In this document: piece after piece, positions 26,791 to 41,868 of the stretch | Position numbering within the stretch: the first letter of the stretch is position 1 | Layout: each line of letters opens with the position of its first letter | Virus record (IMG/VR): IMGVR_UViG_3300021389_000010 | Span: 1 to 64,000 of that record | DNA: 64,000 nucleotides | From: a virus | Direction: 5' to 3' (one strand) | The notes under the pieces: model-generated | Database searches by the model: none | What the model was told of the DNA's origin: nothing | Seen by the model: the letters and a program-made list of their open reading frames with translations, nothing else | Translations under genes and position numbers: made by a program

Positions 26791-27222
26791 TCAGTACATA
26801 ATTTTAAATCCTACGTGTAAGTAGTTTAACTCTCTGTTGATTTGTAGTATGCTTGCTGATGCGTAAAGACGCTTATACAAACGAAGGTCTGCACCAACAC
26901 GACCAATGATTAGACCCGGATCAAGATTCAGTTTATAAGCAGGCCCACCATATATTATTAATTGATGGATAACATACTCATACTGTAAGAAAGAATAGGT
27001 TGCTCCGTGATGACCTTGGCCCATTGCTAGAACACCAATAAACATATTATCATATCCTAACTCCGCAACAACTCCCGTAGCGTGAAGACAAGCAACATAA
27101 CCAAGTCCTACAGACTTAGGAGCATTGTGTTTAATATGTTTAATCTTATGATAAGGACTGCACTCTTGACCCTTACCCAAGGTCGTCAGCAATATCAGTA
27201 TCAATAGAATCTTTATCTTCAT
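26791..27222 (-). CDS. Exported beta-strand-rich protein, possibly a small outer-membrane barrel
   Basis: Signal peptide MKIKILLILILL; amphipathic strands ending YLHVGFKIMY. Confidence 0.5.
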   Translation of the reverse strand: MKIKILLILILLTTLGKGQECSPYHKIKHIKHNAPKSVGLGYVACLHATGVVAELGYDNMFIGVLAMGQGHHGATYSFLQYEYVIHQLIIYGGPAYKLNLDPGLIIGRVGADLRLYKRLYASASILQINRELNYLHVGFKIMY

Positions 27223-27674
27223 TAAGCAAAGTCCTCGTATGTAATCCAAACATCTTTGCCGTCAAGCAGTTCGTTGGCTACCTTGGGATACATGTGTTGG
27301 TATGCATATGTGCTTTTGCCTATGAAGCCTTTCATGTCTGATGAGTTACCTACTAACAAGCAACCCGCTGTATGCTCATCTGTGTTTCCAATATGTATTA
27401 GGATGTATTCAAATCCTGGTACGTCGCGTACCCATAACATACCCTTATGCATATTAGGGAACTTGTCTGAGTATCTACTATGGTGACCACCTACGGTACG
27501 CAGGGTAATACGATATGTACCTGCTGGGATCCTGGTTTCACCCATAACCTTCTCGTCACGATGTTCGTCTTCTAATGTAAAGCAGAGGAACTCTCTACCT
27601 TCTTTGCTCTCTAGGTACAGTGCTCCAAGAGTGAAGTCGTCTTGGCTGTACATTCTTATTACACGTAGTTCCAT
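27222..27674 (-). CDS. DUF5675-like protein, putative cell-wall peptidase/endolysin
   Basis: TLG.L, TLE, IPAGTY and ILIH.GN...T.GCLLVG motifs. Confidence 0.7.
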   Translation of the reverse strand: MELRVIRMYSQDDFTLGALYLESKEGREFLCFTLEDEHRDEKVMGETRIPAGTYRITLRTVGGHHSRYSDKFPNMHKGMLWVRDVPGFEYILIHIGNTDEHTAGCLLVGNSSDMKGFIGKSTYAYQHMYPKVANELLDGKDVWITYEDFA

Positions 27675-27679
27675 AAGGG

Positions 27680-27696
27680 TAAAGATAGTATATTTG
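27680..27696. promoter_or_regulatory. Back-to-back promoter boxes (TATCTTTA on minus, TATATTTG on plus)
   Basis: Each box lies 4-5 nt from a divergent ATG (27674, 27701). Confidence 0.6.
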
Positions 27697-27700
27697 TAAT

Positions 27701-27835
27701 ATGAAATATAGAACAGGAGACCCCAAGAAAAAGAAGAAGGCCAAGGTGCGTGGTGTCGATGTAGACAAACTACCAGAGGGACGCATCAAGGAGTACGATA
27801 CACCTTTCCCCTTCCGTAAACGCAAGAAGAAATGA
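27701..27835 (+). CDS. Small basic protein (44 aa)
   Basis: MKYRTGDPKKKKKAKVRG...FRKRKKK; ATGA overlap with the next gene. Confidence 0.6.
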   Translation: MKYRTGDPKKKKKAKVRGVDVDKLPEGRIKEYDTPFPFRKRKKK

Positions 27836-28041
27836 AACTAAAGAAGACAAACAAGAGCGTTAAGGTAAAAGCACCAGAGGGATACCACTGGATGACAGAG
27901 GGTGGACGCCACTTTCTAATGAAGGGCGACTATAAGCCACACAAGGGAGCATCACCAGAGGCGCCATTCAGACTGGTAACCCACGATAAAGGGAAGAGCA
28001 GTCCTGCTATGGATGCTGCTCGGAAGGCGAAGAAAGGTTAA
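27832..28041 (+). CDS. Small basic protein
   Basis: VKAPEGYHWM motif; Lys-rich. Confidence 0.65.
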   Translation: MKLKKTNKSVKVKAPEGYHWMTEGGRHFLMKGDYKPHKGASPEAPFRLVTHDKGKSSPAMDAARKAKKG

Positions 28042-28471
28042 ACGGTTCTTCACCCCTCATCTTTCTATATAGGCGGGCCACATTGAGCCTGCCTTTTTGT
28101 GTCAAGGCATACCGTACCCTGTAATTCATCTTGGTTTCATCTCTAAAGAAATGGTCTTCCATATTTTGGCTCGGTGTGAGTTTATCGAAGTGCTTGTATA
28201 TCCATCCCTTCTTCATTAATGGATACACGTATCTATCCGCTAACTTCTTATGGCTTCTATTCATAGTCTCTGAAACATAGGATATCGTCCAAAACTCCAG
28301 GTCATAGATAAAGAAAAGTAAATCCACCTCAGCCTTTCCCAGATCCATGTTATCCTTCGCATCCCTGTAAAGGAAATGTAGGTTCTTCATACCGTTCTCC
28401 TGGATATACTTCTTGTCTATCTTCGAGAACTCTCTAAACTTCTTCTTTCGGCTTACAGTACTTTTGGGCAT
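28007..28471 (-). CDS. Winged-helix (MarR-like) regulator
   Basis: Start refined to MPKS; PLMKKGWI...YALTQKGR wing motif. Confidence 0.6.
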   Translation of the reverse strand: MPKSTVSRKKKFREFSKIDKKYIQENGMKNLHFLYRDAKDNMDLGKAEVDLLFFIYDLEFWTISYVSETMNRSHKKLADRYVYPLMKKGWIYKHFDKLTPSQNMEDHFFRDETKMNYRVRYALTQKGRLNVARLYRKMRGEEPFNLSSPSEQHP

Positions 28472-28502
28472 ATCAGTATCTTTGTTAGGTAAAAGTAATA
28501 CT

Positions 28503-29471
28503 ATGGCATCACTTAGTGGAAATAAAATAAAGGATACGTTTGACAAGTTACTCAAACTTGAGTCAGCGCAACTCTCAGCATCAGAACAAGTAGTAGAAGA
28601 CGGGGCTGGAAACAACAGTGCGCTCAAACTTTCTACCGACACACTCGAGACTACGGGTGAATTAAAGATATCTGGAACACCCTCTACCTCTACCAGCATT
28701 ACCAAGGCGCTTATGCTTAGTACATCTGGAGTAGTAGTTACCCGTGACCTCAACACAAACCCAATTGGAACCGCATCTATTACAGCGAATACTCCTCTGT
28801 CAGCAACAGGGAGCACGGTTGAACTACAAGATGCAGGAAACTTAGGGCAGATTACATCTCCCGCTAATGCAGACAAATACTTAATCTGGGATGAAACTGC
28901 TAGTGCCTATAAATACATAGAGCAAGTAGACCTAGTGAACTCAGTCTCTACTCAAGTAGTTGGCCAGGGTCTTGAAACTTTATATGCAAGACCACAGAGT
29001 AGTAACGCTGTACCCACAGTCCTCAACGCTGTGCAGTTCGCAGAAATATTTGGAGACTCTAGTGCTACAGGATCAGTAACAGCAGCAACATCATCTGTAA
29101 TTTTTGGTTCAGCCAATACTTACATGAGTATTCCAGAAACAGGTATTTCTGACCCTAGAGATAATATCTTAATCAACGAGAAGCAAGGATTCTTTCAGTT
29201 GACCGCATCTATAGAGGTTACCTCTACAGCAAACACAGATGTTACTTTCGATATCTATGACTATAGCGCTAGTTTAAAACTCGCAGAAACCTTCAGAACT
29301 GTAAAGAACGGTGAGACTTATCACTTGGAGTTCAACGTATTATGGTACAGCGACGGACTAGCAGGATACAAGATTCAACTCAGAGGGTTTGCAGGAAGCA
29401 GCGGGGTGGTATACAGCGCTGACAACTCACATCTTGAAGTAAGATTCCTGGGAACAAACACATCTTTCTAA
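28503..29471 (+). CDS. Virion structural/fibre-like protein
   Basis: Start refined to MASLSGNKIKDTF; Ser/Thr-rich with a beta-rich C-terminus; TATCTTTG box at 28477-28484. Confidence 0.6.
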   Translation: MASLSGNKIKDTFDKLLKLESAQLSASEQVVEDGAGNNSALKLSTDTLETTGELKISGTPSTSTSITKALMLSTSGVVVTRDLNTNPIGTASITANTPLSATGSTVELQDAGNLGQITSPANADKYLIWDETASAYKYIEQVDLVNSVSTQVVGQGLETLYARPQSSNAVPTVLNAVQFAEIFGDSSATGSVTAATSSVIFGSANTYMSIPETGISDPRDNILINEKQGFFQLTASIEVTSTANTDVTFDIYDYSASLKLAETFRTVKNGETYHLEFNVLWYSDGLAGYKIQLRGFAGSSGVVYSADNSHLEVRFLGTNTSF

Positions 29472-29773
29472 TGAACTATAAGCAGAGATACGAGGCATTC
29501 CAACTCATAAGGCTTAAACTAGGGGAGATAGAAGAGATAATGGAAGTATATGGAGGAAAGACGCAGTACCTGTCTATGTATTGCTTTGGAATCTTTGTAC
29601 CAGAGTCAGATCAGGAAGAGGAGAAGTACGAGATGATGACAGGGATGCATATGGCTGCACCAGACGAATACGATTTAATGATAGAAACTGTAGACGAAGT
29701 TTTTGAAACACACATCAACGATGAAGAGGATGAGGGTGATTCAAGTAAAATAGACTACTGGCTAAATAAATAG
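29471..29773 (+). CDS. Hypothetical acidic protein
   Basis: Coupled to the previous stop. Confidence 0.65.
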   Translation: MNYKQRYEAFQLIRLKLGEIEEIMEVYGGKTQYLSMYCFGIFVPESDQEEEKYEMMTGMHMAAPDEYDLMIETVDEVFETHINDEEDEGDSSKIDYWLNK

Positions 29774-29774
29774 A

Positions 29775-30014
29775 ATGGAACTTATTAGAAAAATCATCAT
29801 CGGGACTAACCCGAAAGATGCTATGGCTTATTATGTGGGCCAAAGAGCAGGCGATTCAGTTATTGATTCAATCATACAGGACGAAAGATGTTTTGTTAAA
29901 TACGGAATAAGGCGTTACCTTGTGTACATCTACAACAAAGACGAGGGAACGATGCTTTGGAAGACCGTAGATAACATGCCTGTATTAATTGAACATGACT
30001 GCGAATTCTTATGA
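29775..30014 (+). CDS. Hypothetical protein (IRKI.IG...AM.Y.VGQ type)
   Basis: Packed operon upstream of terminase. Confidence 0.65.
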   Translation: MELIRKIIIGTNPKDAMAYYVGQRAGDSVIDSIIQDERCFVKYGIRRYLVYIYNKDEGTMLWKTVDNMPVLIEHDCEFL

Positions 30015-30559
30015 TTGTAATTGACAACTTTATCAAAGACCCTTCCTTTATCAAACAACTAGAGGATAACAAAGACTACCTCTTTGGAGATAACGGATCT
30101 TATCACTGGTGGAACGGATGGTGGAACTCATCAGACGATACTATCAAAAAACAACTAATCTCGTATATCTGGAGAGACTATCCACTATACCCTTCAGTAA
30201 ACCTAGACGGCTTTGAGTATTGGACAGGCCAGTTCGGGGAAGGCATGCCTAATGCAAGTCTTGGTATGCACCTGGATAAAGATGAGGCACTCTGGAAAAG
30301 CACTGGGGAGATATCATCTCCGATTGTAGGTACTGTATTCTACCCTGTAGAGATGGATATCGACGGAGGATACCTTGAAGTGTTTTCTAATGGCCCAGAG
30401 AAACAGCCGGAGCGCATACGTGCAAAACACAATAGGCTAATCATATTTGATGCAGGAGGAACACACCACAGAGTTACAGAGGTAACACGAGGTACCAGAT
30501 CTGCTATTGCAATCAACCTTTGGGACAAGAAACCAACAGGAGAACTCAAGGAGGAATGA
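30011..30559 (+). CDS. 2OG-Fe(II) dioxygenase (prolyl-hydroxylase-like)
   Basis: HxD (HLD), GG.L, NRLIIFD, H.V and R motifs. Confidence 0.8.
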   Translation: MIVIDNFIKDPSFIKQLEDNKDYLFGDNGSYHWWNGWWNSSDDTIKKQLISYIWRDYPLYPSVNLDGFEYWTGQFGEGMPNASLGMHLDKDEALWKSTGEISSPIVGTVFYPVEMDIDGGYLEVFSNGPEKQPERIRAKHNRLIIFDAGGTHHRVTEVTRGTRSAIAINLWDKKPTGELKEE

Positions 30560-31212
30560 GATCCCTCTATCACTTTTTAGTACGTGTACCTAAAGTAACC
30601 AAGGACACCATGGAGGTCAACGGTGAAGAAATGTATCTCGACACCAAGTTTGACGAGTTCAAACACAGAACCATGGAAGGCGAGGTGGTTGCTCTACCAG
30701 CCAAGTTTGATACCAATGTTAAGGTAGGAGACACTATGTATTTCCATCACCACGTTGTGCTTGGTGGTAACCACATGATGATGAACGAGGAAACAGTTCA
30801 GTTAGAAGAAACTAAGAAGCGTGGTCAATTCATAGACCCAGACGACGACGTATACGTTGTACACTATGGAGGTAACTTAGATCCTATATCCTGTCAAGCC
30901 TACGCGTATAAATGCCAGGACACAGGAGAGATAGAGTTGATTAGTGACTGGATATTCATTACTCCAGAACCAGAGGAAGAGCAAGAGGAAACGATAAAGA
31001 GTGACATCATCGAACTCATACCCAAGGCTAACCCGCCAAAAGAAAAGAAAGGTTACATCAGATGGTCTTCACCTAAGTTGAAGGAACTAGAATTAAACCC
31101 TGGAGACAAGGTGCTGATCAGGAAGAACTCGTCCTATGAGATGGAGGTGAATGGAGAGAAGTTATGGAGAACCTATTTACAATCAATTCATGGCAAGATC
31201 AAAGAAGTATAA
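30556..31212 (+). CDS. Tandem GroES-like co-chaperonin
   Basis: GEVVALP...VKVGDTMYF and a second unit DWIFITP...LNPGDKVLI...YEMEVNGEKL; start refined to 30556. Confidence 0.7.
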   Translation: MRSLYHFLVRVPKVTKDTMEVNGEEMYLDTKFDEFKHRTMEGEVVALPAKFDTNVKVGDTMYFHHHVVLGGNHMMMNEETVQLEETKKRGQFIDPDDDVYVVHYGGNLDPISCQAYAYKCQDTGEIELISDWIFITPEPEEEQEETIKSDIIELIPKANPPKEKKGYIRWSSPKLKELELNPGDKVLIRKNSSYEMEVNGEKLWRTYLQSIHGKIKEV

Positions 31213-31483
31213 CAACATAGATACCGCTGTAAACCTAATGCAGGCGATGCAGATTGCAATAGAGAATATGATACAGGAAATACAAAAGCCTGTAGACCAG
31301 GAACTTAGTGGCTCCCAAAGAAAAGCCGAGTTGCAATCTATAAAACAAACAGCGGTAGATGCTAAAGAACTTATTGTTGAAAGAGAAAGACTCGAACAAC
31401 TTATCAGAGGTCTTAAGAAAGACGGAGAAATTAAAGAGGAAAGAGATTACTCGGGAGGATTCGCAGAGCAATACTCAAAGTAA
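31190..31483 (+). CDS. Helical protein upstream of TerL, possible small terminase subunit
   Basis: Position and coiled-coil character; start refined to MARS. Confidence 0.45.
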   Translation: MARSKKYNNIDTAVNLMQAMQIAIENMIQEIQKPVDQELSGSQRKAELQSIKQTAVDAKELIVERERLEQLIRGLKKDGEIKEERDYSGGFAEQYSK

Positions 31484-31511
31484 TCAAGTCTTCATATACT
31501 GGGATTACTAA

Positions 31512-33611
31512 ATGGCAGGACTCGTAGAGATAGAAGGTGATACCGTAGTCAACATATGTCCTGACAAAACCCAGGGAAAAGTCAGGCTATGCTTTGACTT
31601 ACCCATACAGTTACCAAAGCGGCCTCGCAAAAAGGACATACTATTTCACGACAAGCCAAAGGAAGAACAGCACTGGCAACGCACACCATTACCAGACGAA
31701 CTCAAAAGAGTAAAGTCTATGGAAGAGTGGATGTCTATGCCGGAGTCGTTTAGAAACAAACACACCCCCTACATTAGTGAAGAATACAAGAGACGCAGAA
31801 ATGGAGTATGGTTTTACAACAACGGGGTACCTACCTATATTACCGGAAACCACTACTTTTTCTTACAGTGGTGTAAGATTGATATCGGATACCCATCCTA
31901 CCTTGATTTTCAAAGAGAACTATTCGTACACCTTGACGCTTGCGTAGCAGACCCGAGATGTGTTGGACAGGTATATGTAAAGTGTCGTAGATCTGGATAC
32001 ACAAACATGTCGGCATCAGTGCTTGTAAACGAAGGAACACAGGTTAAAGAGAAACTACTGGGCATCATGTCTAAGACAGGTACCGATGCACAGGAAAATA
32101 TATTCATGAAGAAGGTGGTGCCTATATATAAGTCATTGCCTTTTTTCTTTAAACCTATTCAAGATGGTACTACCAATCCCAGAATGGAACTCGCCTTTCG
32201 TGAGCCATCAAAAAGAATTACCAAAAAGAACAAAACCTCATCAAGAGGTGAGGCTCTTAATACAATTATTAACTGGAAGAACACAACCAACAATGCCTAT
32301 GATGGTGAGAAACTACACATCTTGTATTTGGATGAGGCTGGTAAGTGGGAAAAAGGTAATGATATACGAGAAGCATGGCGAATACAAAGAACTTGTTTGC
32401 TTGTAGGTAGAAAGATTGTAGGTAAAGCATTGGTAGGAAGCACTGTTAATCCCCTAGACAGAGGAGGTCGGCAGTATAGAGAACTGTACTACGCAAGTAA
32501 TGTAAATGACAGAAATGAAAACGGTAGAACAAAGAGTGGTTTGTATGGGTGTTTTATACCAGCATACGATGCCTTGGAAGGTTTCTTCGACAAACATGGC
32601 ATGCCAGTCGTTGAGGATTTAGAAAAAAATATTATAGGACTAGAGGGTGAGTATATAAGCCTAGGTTCAAAGACTTACTTAAAGAATGAAAGAAAAGGTT
32701 TATCTGGAGACTCTTACGAACTAAACGAGGTTATACGCCAGTTCCCTTTTACAGAAGCCGAAGCGTTTAGAGATAGTGCAAAGGCATCTCTGTTTAACGT
32801 ACAAAAGATATACGAACAGGTAGAGTACAACGAGGATTTGTTCCCGAACCCTGTGGTTGTAGGAAACTTTGTTTGGGCGCTAGGGCAGAAGGATACAGAG
32901 GTAGTGTTTAGTCCTGATCCTAACGGAAGATGGAGGGTAGCATGGATGCCACCTGTAGAGTTAAGGAATAAAAAGAAACCAGAGAACGCCTGGTTAGGAT
33001 GTGCTGGAGTAGATAGTTATGATATAGATGCAACAGTGGATGGGAGAGGATCTAAAGGTGCTTGTCATTTCTTTAACAAATTCAACCTTGAGTACCCATC
33101 GAATATGTTTGTAGCAGAGTACGCTTCAAGACCACCATTAGCAAAGATTTTTTATGAAGACATATTAATGGCATCCAAGTTTTATGGGTACCCTGTTTTG
33201 ATTGAGAATAACAAATACGGAATCGCAAGACACTTTGAATCAAGAGGTTATGACCACTTCTTGCTAGACAGACCGGCTCACCTTACATCGAATTACGGCA
33301 GCAAAACAAAAACTAAAGGTATACCATCCAACTCACAAGACGTCATACAAGCGCACGCACAGGCTATAGAATCTTTTATACACGCGAACGTCGGTCTAAA
33401 CGAGCAGACACTAGAGTACGGAAAGATGTACTTCGAGAGAACCCTAGAGGACTGGGTAAACTTTAAGATAGACGATCGTACAAAATATGACCTTTCTATA
33501 TCAAGCGGACTAGCCCTTCTTGCGGCTCAAGGTCATAGGCCCGAAAAGCCAAAATCAGATTTCAATAGTAAGCAGTTCTTCCGTAAAGGTCAGATAATTA
33601 TACGAAAATAA
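31512..33611 (+). CDS. terL: Terminase large subunit
   Basis: KCRRSGYT Walker A-like, LYLDEAGK Walker B, GVDSYD nuclease and IENN motifs; directly upstream of the portal. Confidence 0.9.
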   Translation: MAGLVEIEGDTVVNICPDKTQGKVRLCFDLPIQLPKRPRKKDILFHDKPKEEQHWQRTPLPDELKRVKSMEEWMSMPESFRNKHTPYISEEYKRRRNGVWFYNNGVPTYITGNHYFFLQWCKIDIGYPSYLDFQRELFVHLDACVADPRCVGQVYVKCRRSGYTNMSASVLVNEGTQVKEKLLGIMSKTGTDAQENIFMKKVVPIYKSLPFFFKPIQDGTTNPRMELAFREPSKRITKKNKTSSRGEALNTIINWKNTTNNAYDGEKLHILYLDEAGKWEKGNDIREAWRIQRTCLLVGRKIVGKALVGSTVNPLDRGGRQYRELYYASNVNDRNENGRTKSGLYGCFIPAYDALEGFFDKHGMPVVEDLEKNIIGLEGEYISLGSKTYLKNERKGLSGDSYELNEVIRQFPFTEAEAFRDSAKASLFNVQKIYEQVEYNEDLFPNPVVVGNFVWALGQKDTEVVFSPDPNGRWRVAWMPPVELRNKKKPENAWLGCAGVDSYDIDATVDGRGSKGACHFFNKFNLEYPSNMFVAEYASRPPLAKIFYEDILMASKFYGYPVLIENNKYGIARHFESRGYDHFLLDRPAHLTSNYGSKTKTKGIPSNSQDVIQAHAQAIESFIHANVGLNEQTLEYGKMYFERTLEDWVNFKIDDRTKYDLSISSGLALLAAQGHRPEKPKSDFNSKQFFRKGQIIIRK

Positions 33612-33646
33612 TAAGAGGTATATTTGCAACAGTAGCAATCTAAAGT

Positions 33647-36079
33647 ATGGACAACGAATACACAAATGGACAATCCTCATTTCCAGATCCTTTATCTGGT
33701 GTTGAGGAGAAGATGTCTAAGCAATATGGTCTGCAATATGCAAAGGCTATGTTTGCGCAATGGATTGGAAGTGACTATCAAAACTCATTGTATGGAAGAC
33801 GCAACAGCGAAATGGAACGCTGTAGAGATTATGCGCAAGGAACACAAGACACATCTATCTATCGTCAGATATTAAACTCTCTCGACAACAACAATGGTGA
33901 TGGAACATTGATGACGCTAGACTATACGCCAGTTCCTATTATACCTAAGTTTGTTAAGATTGTTGTAAACAAAATTCTTTCAAAAGAACCATACCCTCAG
34001 ATTGAGGCCATTGACCCCCTTTCAAGAACAGAGAAGGATAAGAAGAAAAACGCTACCGTCTTGCGTATCGAGAATCGAGATATGATTGAGGAAGCGAAGT
34101 CACTAGGCCTGCGTGTTAAACAAGACCCTGGACAACTACCAGACACACCAGAAGAAACTGAGATATTCTTAGACACAAACATTAAGACGGACGCAGAAAT
34201 CTCTGCTCAGATTGCTACTGAGATGACATTGAAGTGGAATGACTTTAATCAATCTATATACCGTCGCTGTGTTGAAGACCTAGCAACTCTTGGTATGGGT
34301 GTTGCTAAAAGAAGCAATGACCCCAACTATGGAATCAACGAGGAGTATGTTGACCCAAAGAAATTTATACACAACTATACAGACGACCCAACATTCTCTG
34401 ACCTAACCTATGCTGGTCATTTTAAGTACATAACAATCATGGACTTAAAGCGCATTGCTGGTAACCAGTTTACAGAGCAAGAGTATGAGGAGATTGCTAA
34501 GACTGTAATGAACAAGTATGGGAACAACCCTACTCAGTTCTCTACAACAGGATCTGGTTACGACAGACCCGGTACAAGATATCGCCAAGGATATGATGAG
34601 TACAAGATAGAGGTAATGGACTTTGAGTTTATGTCTGTTGATGATATCATATACGAGAAGAAAGAGTCGGCATACGGAAACATAGGTTTCTATTTTAAAG
34701 GAAACGAATATAACGCACCTCAGCAATCTGTATACAACAGAGAAGCAATATACATGAAGAACGCTACGGTATATGGCGGTACTTACATTGTGGGTACAGA
34801 GAAGTTGTATAACTACGGGCCAAAGAAAAATATACCTAAGAACGTACATGATATTTCACGTGCTCGTTTATCATATAGTATTGTAGCAACTAACATCCGT
34901 GGGATGATACCTAAGTCAATGGTATCCTCTGTTATAGGGTTTGCTGACATGCTCCAGATTACACACTTGAAACTTCAGCAATCTATTGCTAAAGCAAAAC
35001 CAGATGGACTCATCATTGATATTGAAGGGTTAGAGAACGTACAACTAGGACGCGGTGGTGAACTACAGCCATTAGAGATTCAAGACATCTACGAACAAAC
35101 TGGTGTGTTCTATTACCGTAGCAAGAATCCAGAGGGAGGTTTTCAAAACCCACCCGTCAGAGAGATAGGTAATAATATTAGAAACATACAAGAACTTGTT
35201 TCTCTTTACAATCACTACCTACGAATGATAAGAGATGCCACTGGTATCAATGAGGTTATGGATGGAACCACTCCGAAAGGAGAAGCCTTAGTAGGTGTAA
35301 ACCAAATGGCAGTGCAGGCTGGAAATAACGCTATATACGACATCACTAATGCCGCGATGGTTCTTTACCAAAAGGTGTGTGACGATATTGTTCGCTGTCT
35401 ACAGGTAATACCACCAGATAGTATATTGTATAAAGTATATACAAATGCCGTGGGAGAAACCAATATGGCTGTGCTTAGTTCTTTTGATAACCTATCTATG
35501 TACAACTTCGGCGTGGTGGTTGTTACTGAGATGAACGAAATGGACAAGCAATACCTAGAACAAAACATACAGATTGCTCTTGGACAAAAAGAAATTGACC
35601 TTGAAGATGCGATTGCCATTCGTCAGATTAAAGACGTGGAACAAGCAGAGAGACTCTTGGTGGTTCGCAGAAAGAAAAGAATCAAACAACAACAAGAGAT
35701 GATGGCGCAGCAGGCTCAGATTCAGTCTCAATCAAATCAGCAAGCCTCACAGGTAGCCGCTCAAATGGAGATGCAGAAAAAGCAACTCGAAGCCCAAATC
35801 GAAGCACAGCGGATTCAATTAGAGACGGAAGCCAAAGCGCAACTCATACAACTAGAGTATCAGTTCAAAATTCAAATCGAACAACTTAAAGGAGAGTATG
35901 GCGTAGTTGAGCAACAAGTGGAAAGCGGAGTTCGTATGCAGGCTGATGCTGAATCAGAAAATCGTAAAGATCAGAGAATAGATAAACAAGCGTTGGCTCA
36001 AAGTAAACTGATTGCTCAACGCCAAGGCGAACGCCCACCTCTTAGTGAGGATATAGTAACCAACCTAACAATATCATAA
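33647..36079 (+). CDS. Portal protein
   Basis: 810 aa following TerL; IIPKFV.IV and TGINE..DG motifs; Gln-rich C-terminal coiled coil; TATATTTG box at 33619-33626. Confidence 0.85.
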   Translation: MDNEYTNGQSSFPDPLSGVEEKMSKQYGLQYAKAMFAQWIGSDYQNSLYGRRNSEMERCRDYAQGTQDTSIYRQILNSLDNNNGDGTLMTLDYTPVPIIPKFVKIVVNKILSKEPYPQIEAIDPLSRTEKDKKKNATVLRIENRDMIEEAKSLGLRVKQDPGQLPDTPEETEIFLDTNIKTDAEISAQIATEMTLKWNDFNQSIYRRCVEDLATLGMGVAKRSNDPNYGINEEYVDPKKFIHNYTDDPTFSDLTYAGHFKYITIMDLKRIAGNQFTEQEYEEIAKTVMNKYGNNPTQFSTTGSGYDRPGTRYRQGYDEYKIEVMDFEFMSVDDIIYEKKESAYGNIGFYFKGNEYNAPQQSVYNREAIYMKNATVYGGTYIVGTEKLYNYGPKKNIPKNVHDISRARLSYSIVATNIRGMIPKSMVSSVIGFADMLQITHLKLQQSIAKAKPDGLIIDIEGLENVQLGRGGELQPLEIQDIYEQTGVFYYRSKNPEGGFQNPPVREIGNNIRNIQELVSLYNHYLRMIRDATGINEVMDGTTPKGEALVGVNQMAVQAGNNAIYDITNAAMVLYQKVCDDIVRCLQVIPPDSILYKVYTNAVGETNMAVLSSFDNLSMYNFGVVVVTEMNEMDKQYLEQNIQIALGQKEIDLEDAIAIRQIKDVEQAERLLVVRRKKRIKQQQEMMAQQAQIQSQSNQQASQVAAQMEMQKKQLEAQIEAQRIQLETEAKAQLIQLEYQFKIQIEQLKGEYGVVEQQVESGVRMQADAESENRKDQRIDKQALAQSKLIAQRQGERPPLSEDIVTNLTIS

Positions 36080-36080
36080 G

Positions 36081-36479
36081 ATGTCTTGCTCCTGCTCAAC
36101 AAGCCAATGTTCCTGTGGAGACCCCACAAACGTAAATTTGAATAACGCTGCACAAGTAAATATATGTGCCCGTCGCGGTGATACTTTTCAATTAGACGCC
36201 CAAGTAAAGGACTCTGATGGAACGGCATTAGACCTAACACTGTACACGTATAAAATGGAAGTCAGAGAGTATGATGACGGCCCATTAATTATACCTAGTA
36301 CAGACATAACAATTAGCGGCACCAATGTTGGTGCTTTAACTATTTCTATTTCCGCTACAGATATGCAGGTAGAGCCCGGTACTTATGTGTACGGCCTGCA
36401 GGCTACACTGATTTCAGACTCTAGTGTAGACACATGGTTCTATGGAACCTTTGATGTAGTGCAGGATATAGTGCAATAA
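36081..36479 (+). CDS. Ig-like fibre adaptor (BppU N-terminal-like)
   Basis: RGDTF...DLT.Y...GTYVYGLQ...G.F.V pattern; Cys-rich N-terminus. Confidence 0.55.
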   Translation: MSCSCSTSQCSCGDPTNVNLNNAAQVNICARRGDTFQLDAQVKDSDGTALDLTLYTYKMEVREYDDGPLIIPSTDITISGTNVGALTISISATDMQVEPGTYVYGLQATLISDSSVDTWFYGTFDVVQDIVQ

Positions 36480-36492
36480 CAAAACAAAACCA

Positions 36493-41862
<5,370 letters not shown>

Positions 41863-41868
41863 ACAAGC

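Noticed and set aside
28007-28876. Long overlap between ORFs 28007..28876 (-) and 28413..29471 (+)
   Set aside because: The overlap disappears with starts at 28471 and 28503, each supported by a promoter box.
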